Below, one piece after another: positions 8,031 through 9,774 of a stretch of DNA of 9,774 nucleotides (position 1 is the stretch's first letter; the number at the start of each line of letters is the position of its first letter). The DNA is from Octopus sinensis. Its lineage: Eukaryota. Where the stretch lies: NCBI RefSeq assembly GCF_006345805.1, contig NW_021827768.1, positions 1 to 9,774 of the forward strand, written 5' to 3'. The position numbers were made by a program, and so were the translations under genes. The notes under the pieces were generated by a model. That model was not told the origin of the DNA. It saw only the letters and a program-made list of their open reading frames with translations, and did not search any database.

Positions 8031-8102
8031 ACATCGGTAGTATAGTGGTAAGGATCCCCGCCTGTCACGTGGGAGACTGGGGTTCGATTCCCCACTGAGG
8101 AG
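8031..8102 (+). pseudogene. tRNA-Asp-GTC: tRNA-Asp(GTC) pseudogene or damaged tRNA gene
   Basis: Clear match to the eukaryotic tRNA-Asp sequence. Anticodon stem CCCGC/GTGGG, loop CT-GTC-AC (GTC at 8064-8066), T arm TGGGG-TTCGATT-CCCCA, 3' acceptor CTGAGGA, discriminator G, then ACA and T5 at 8106-8110. Defects: acceptor pairs 1 and 3 mismatched (ACATCGG) and a D-stem mismatch (GGAT instead of GTAT). Confidence 0.88.
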
Positions 8103-8114
8103 ACATTTTTACTT

Positions 8115-8172
8115 AACGGCGGTGCATCAGCATGGCCACAGCTCTGAGCTGAAACTAGAGAAAAAAAACAAA
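8115..8172 (+). mobile_element. SINE/LINE-type 3' tail fragment
   Basis: ggcggtgcatcagcatggccacagctctgagctgaaactagag + A-rich run, with terminal hairpin cagctc-t-gagctg. Related copies lie on the minus strand at 7715-7772 and 6148-6238. Confidence 0.75.
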
Positions 8173-8303
8173 CCGAAAGAACTACTATTAGTTTCATGCT
8201 CCTATGATACCTTAACTAGGCTTATTTATAAAATATGCCACATATCTCCAAGCAATCTTTCAGGCTCTGTTTATGCATTACACATTTTACATACCATCAT
8301 CAA

Positions 8304-8558
8304 GTGGAGGCACGTGGCTTAGTGGTTAGGGTGTCAGCATCATGATCGTAAGATTGTGGTTTCGATTCCTGGACTGGGCAACGCGTTGTGTTCTTGAGCA
8401 GAGCACTTCATTTCAAGTTACTCCAGTCCACTCAGCTGGCAAAAATGAGTAACGCTGTGATGGACTGGCATCCCGTCCAGCTGGGGAACACATATGCCAT
8501 TGAAACCGAGAAACCGGGCCCACAAGCCTGGCTAGGCTTTAAAAGAGGGCACATTTAT
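8304..8558 (+). mobile_element. Full-length tRNA-derived CORE-like SINE
   Basis: A-box TGGCTTAGTGG (8315-8325), B-box GTTTCGATTCC (8359-8369), CORE-like ttgtgttcttgagcagagcacttcat...ccagtccactcagctggcaaaaatgag, then gatggactggcatcccgtccag and a 3' tail. Confidence 0.85.
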
Positions 8559-8559
8559 T

Positions 8560-8725
8560 GTGGAGGCACATGGCCTAGTGGTTAGAGCAGTGAGTTCGCG
8601 GTTGAAAGATCGCGGGTTCGAATCCCAGACCGGGCGATGTGTGTGTTTATGAGCAAAACACCTAAGCTCCACGCAGCTCCGGCAGAAGGTAATGGCGAAC
8701 TTCTGCTGACTCTTTCGCCACAACT
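8560..8725 (+). mobile_element. tRNA-derived SINE 5' half (related head, different body), 3' part missing
   Basis: A-box TGGCCTAGTGG (8571-8581), B-box GGTTCGAATCC (8615-8625) and CORE-like gtgtgtttatgagcaaaacacctaagctcc. Starts with the same gtggaggcac as the 8304 copy. Confidence 0.8.
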
Positions 8726-9088
8726 GGTAACGGCTCAAAGAGCCATGGAAAGGTCAATGCTTGGTATCTTGTTGAGAGAACACATGAGTAGCGAGATCAT
8801 CAGAATGAAGTCCGGCGTGAGGGATGTCATCGCAGAGTATACACGCAGCAAGTTTAGATGGGCTGGACACGTCGCCCGGCTCACCGATAATCGGTAGACC
8901 CATGCAGTTGTCGAGTGGTACTCGCGCGAGCGGAAACGACCACCCAGAAGGCCTCCACGACGGTGGAGTTACGATTTCAGGAGGACGATTGGGATCACGT
9001 GGATGAGAAAGGCGTGATCCATAGAGGAGTGGACAGCGTGCTGCGATCAGCGGTGTCAAATGGACTCCCGACGGACTGGTCGGTCAAG

Positions 9089-9092
<4 letters not shown>
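8721..9092 (+). mobile_element. 5'-truncated RTE-clade LINE, ORF C-terminus and 3' end (pseudogenised)
   Basis: One frame: QLVTAQRAMERSMLGILLREHMSSEIIRMKSGVRDVIAEYTRSKFRWAGHVARLTDNR*THAVVEWYSRERKRPPRRPPRRWSYDFRRTIGITWMRKA*SIEEWTACCDQRCQMDSRRTGRSR*. The motifs 'QRAMERSMLG', 'WAGHVAR', 'W.P...KR..GRP..RW' and 'WM..A.DR..W' are typical of RTE. Stops at 8895, 9015 and 9090; no frameshift. Confidence 0.92.

Positions 9093-9126
<34 letters not shown>
9092..9126. repeat. (TA)n tract at the LINE 3' end
   Basis: Directly visible. Confidence 0.95.
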
Positions 9127-9129
<3 letters not shown>

Positions 9130-9408
9130 CTATGATTGCAGAACAAACAAATATAAGGTCATCCACGTAACATTTCATATTCGAACATTTAATCACATAA
9201 TGCTTTTTCTTCACATAGAATATACATGTATAACATCACGGAAGATGAAACAAACTCATCAATACAAGCATATAAGAAAAATGTGTGAATACAGTCCATC
9301 GCGGTTAAAAGTTGATGGTTAATACTTTAGCGGTCCTATTAAACATTTAGCGATCTTATTAAACATTGTTCCTGATAAGAAACAATCACTTTATTGATTT
9401 TTATTTAT

Positions 9409-9598
9409 AATATATATATATATAGATATATATATATATTATTATAGATAGATATATATAATATAAATATGATTGATAGATATGCATGTGTGTACAAAGG
9501 TATAAGTATATGCACATACATATAATCTATACACACACACACACACACACACATAATCTATACACACACACACACACATATATATATTATACATGTAC
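9409..9598. repeat. (TA)n/(CA)n compound low-complexity tract
   Basis: Directly visible; includes two taatctatacacacac units. Confidence 0.9.
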
Positions 9599-9774
9599 AT
9601 CAGCAATGTGCCACCTAGGTAGGCTTGGTAGGCAGTGCCTACCTTGAATAAAATAGATGGAAAGCAACATTTTCCATTTACAGCAAAACATGGACCTAAT
9701 TCAATAAAATTATGAAGGTTACTCTGATTACTATGCATAAAATGCAAAATATTTTATTTTTTGTACATTAGGTA

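Larger units (their letters stand above)
7903..8286 (+). repeat. Local duplication copy C (contains tRNA-Asp and a SINE tail)
   Basis: Aligns to copy A on both sides of a 141-bp segment that is absent from A. Confidence 0.9.

Noticed and set aside
8115-8160. Hairpin plus CTAG that resembles a Helitron 3' end
   Set aside because: It is followed by an A-rich tail rather than T, has no matching TC 5' end, and is homologous to the retroposon tail at 6148-6238.
8304-8640. Two tRNA-like sequences as possible tRNA genes
   Set aside because: A/B boxes are present, but there is no closing acceptor stem and they continue into CORE-like SINE bodies.
8637-8897. 86-aa ORF as a functional gene
   Set aside because: It is SINE sequence read into an RTE remnant, with a GTG start and a premature stop at a normally conserved Trp codon.

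Overview
AT-rich, repeat-saturated eukaryotic non-coding DNA with no intact protein-coding gene. The mix of tRNA-headed SINEs with RTE-type tails, long TA/GATA/ATT microsatellites and decayed transposons resembles octopus (coleoid cephalopod) intronic or intergenic DNA. This species assignment is an inference from recalled repeat families, not a search result. Supported contents: a decayed CR1-type LINE RT C-terminus (739-1011, minus); about a dozen SINE copies or fragments, one nested with a 16-bp TSD; an internally deleted Tc1/mariner (maT/DD37D-like) element (4069-4455); a ~555-bp element embedded in (ATT)n; a complete non-autonomous Helitron with a perfect 74-bp internal duplication (6782-7244); three local paralogous blocks, one inverted, of which only one carries a tRNA-Asp(GTC) pseudogene (8031-8102); and a SINE 5' half fused directly to an RTE LINE 3' end (8560-9092). 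Nearly all ORFs in the track are microsatellite or SINE translations. No clearly new biological system is demonstrated; the best leads concern retroposon chimerism, tRNA capture and local rearrangement.
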